In this document: piece after piece, positions 63,040 to 64,000 of the stretch | Layout: every line of letters begins with the position of its first letter | Position numbering within the stretch: the stretch's first letter is position 1 | NCBI GenBank assembly: GCA_033763315.1 | Contig: JANRKS010000001.1 | Location: 247,587-311,586, forward strand | Direction of reading: 5' to 3' | Source: Deltaproteobacteria bacterium | Lineage (GTDB): Bacteria > Myxococcota_A > Polyangia > Fen-1088 | DNA: 64,000 nt | Position numbers and translations under genes: made by a program | The notes under the pieces: model-generated | Seen by the model: the letters and a program-made list of their open reading frames with translations, nothing else | What the model was told of the DNA's origin: nothing | Database searches by the model: none

Positions 63040-64000
63040 GCGGCAAGCATCATAAGCGAGGGGAGGGAAGAGTGGGGGCAAGAATAGGTTTGCCGGCGGG
63101 AACGTGCGCCTGCGGCCGCACGAACAATTAGGTTAGCGCTGAACACCAGTATTGGCTTATCAAGACTTTTGGCGGGACCATTAGGTTATCGACACTTTCG
63201 AGTGAGGCCCCGCCTAGTGGTTCGAGTTGCGCGGCCACGGCTTTCCCTGCACAAAGTCGAGAACATGGGATATCGTGAACGGTACAATTCACGTTGGCCA
63301 GACACGTAACAAAGCCTGAAAGTTTCGGCCATGAGCGGGCCGCGATCCAAATCGCGCTTTCTTTCTAAGCTGCTCAGGCAGAACCACACATCTACGAAGG
63401 CCACCTTGGGCAACGTCTGCTCACAGGCCTAACGGGCGTGTCGCACGGGCGAGCTCGGTACCGGTGAATCGTTGATGGTGTGGCGCTGCCGGGCCAAGTA
63501 TCTCTCCTTTCATTGTGGCTCATGCTCGCAACCGGCGATGTACGCACGGGCTCAGTAGTCGGTGCTCAGTGATGGGCGGCGGGCAACTTCGCCTCGATAC
63601 TCAACGACACGAAGGGGCATGCGCCAATGCCAGCATGCTGCAAGTGGCGGCGGTGGCATATTGTTGCCAGGCCACCAACTCGAAACTCGGGAATGTACCG
63701 CTGCATGGTCCCCACATTGATTTCACCTCCCCCGCTGTCCAACCGGGCCTTGAACTTGACGAAGCCCGCGGGCGCCTCCGAAAACCTAGACACGCTCCTG
63801 CTGTGCGGGCACTATGGGGTCGCGGGCACTTGCGGTTTGGGCTTCGCAAGTTAACGCCACACACGTTAGCCAGATAGGTCCGCGACTCGATGACGCTTGC
63901 TTTGACATTCGGAGCCCCCTGCCACGGATGGCTGCGCGTGGGGGTGGCGGGGCCAGGGGGCGAACAATCCTTGGATGTGGCCGACGTACCTGGCGATTCC

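Noticed and set aside
63400-63465. c-di-GMP-I riboswitch-like fragment (GGCCTAA...ACGG)
   Set aside because: Lacks the GGCAAA...GAAA...GACGCAAA P1 elements; the resemblance is too partial.

Overview
A 64-kb, high-GC, densely coding window. It almost certainly comes from a myxobacterium (Myxococcota): it has MYXO-CTERM, TIGR02270, a CglB-like vWA lipoprotein, FHA-sigma54 and Ser/Thr kinase modules, and multiple DUF1592/DUF1552 pairs. Family names come from motif recognition, not database searches. Left part (1-24.3 kb): a carbohydrate locus. A FadR-led operon (SDR, EamA, SMP-30 lactonase, enolase-superfamily dehydratase, Tat-signal GH42 that runs off the left edge and is absent from the ORF track) carries two 17-bp palindromic operators with identical arms. 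It is followed by an esterase, a heme-c DUF1592/DUF1552 pair, a cytochrome P460-like lipoprotein, RhaT, an SSS transporter, a GH94 cellobionate-phosphorylase-like enzyme, a GPH transporter and an unclassified glycosidase-like lipoprotein. Middle (24.4-40 kb): a signalling and cell-surface block. It holds a dead MBL hydrolase, FHA-DUF4388, a pseudokinase-PEGA receptor, a 1.9-kaa surface protein (24 tandem disintegrin-like repeats, VWA, MopE-like repeats, MYXO-CTERM) coupled to a MopE-repeat/FGE-fold lipoprotein, and a kinase/FHA-sigma54 activator pair. Right part: an apiosidase-like gene, an orphan FliJ-like gene, a Gly-Thr lipoprotein, two more DUF1592/DUF1552 operons (one with a near-consensus sigma54 promoter and upstream repeats), HDOD-sthA, map-dmeF, a TPR/barrel-vWA-lipoprotein operon, an orphan DUF1552 and an orphan TIGR02270. 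No rRNA, tRNA, CRISPR array or mobile element was seen. Best candidates for undescribed systems: the disintegrin-array/FGE surface pair, and the expanded DUF1592/DUF1552 heme modules next to oxidative sugar catabolism genes.
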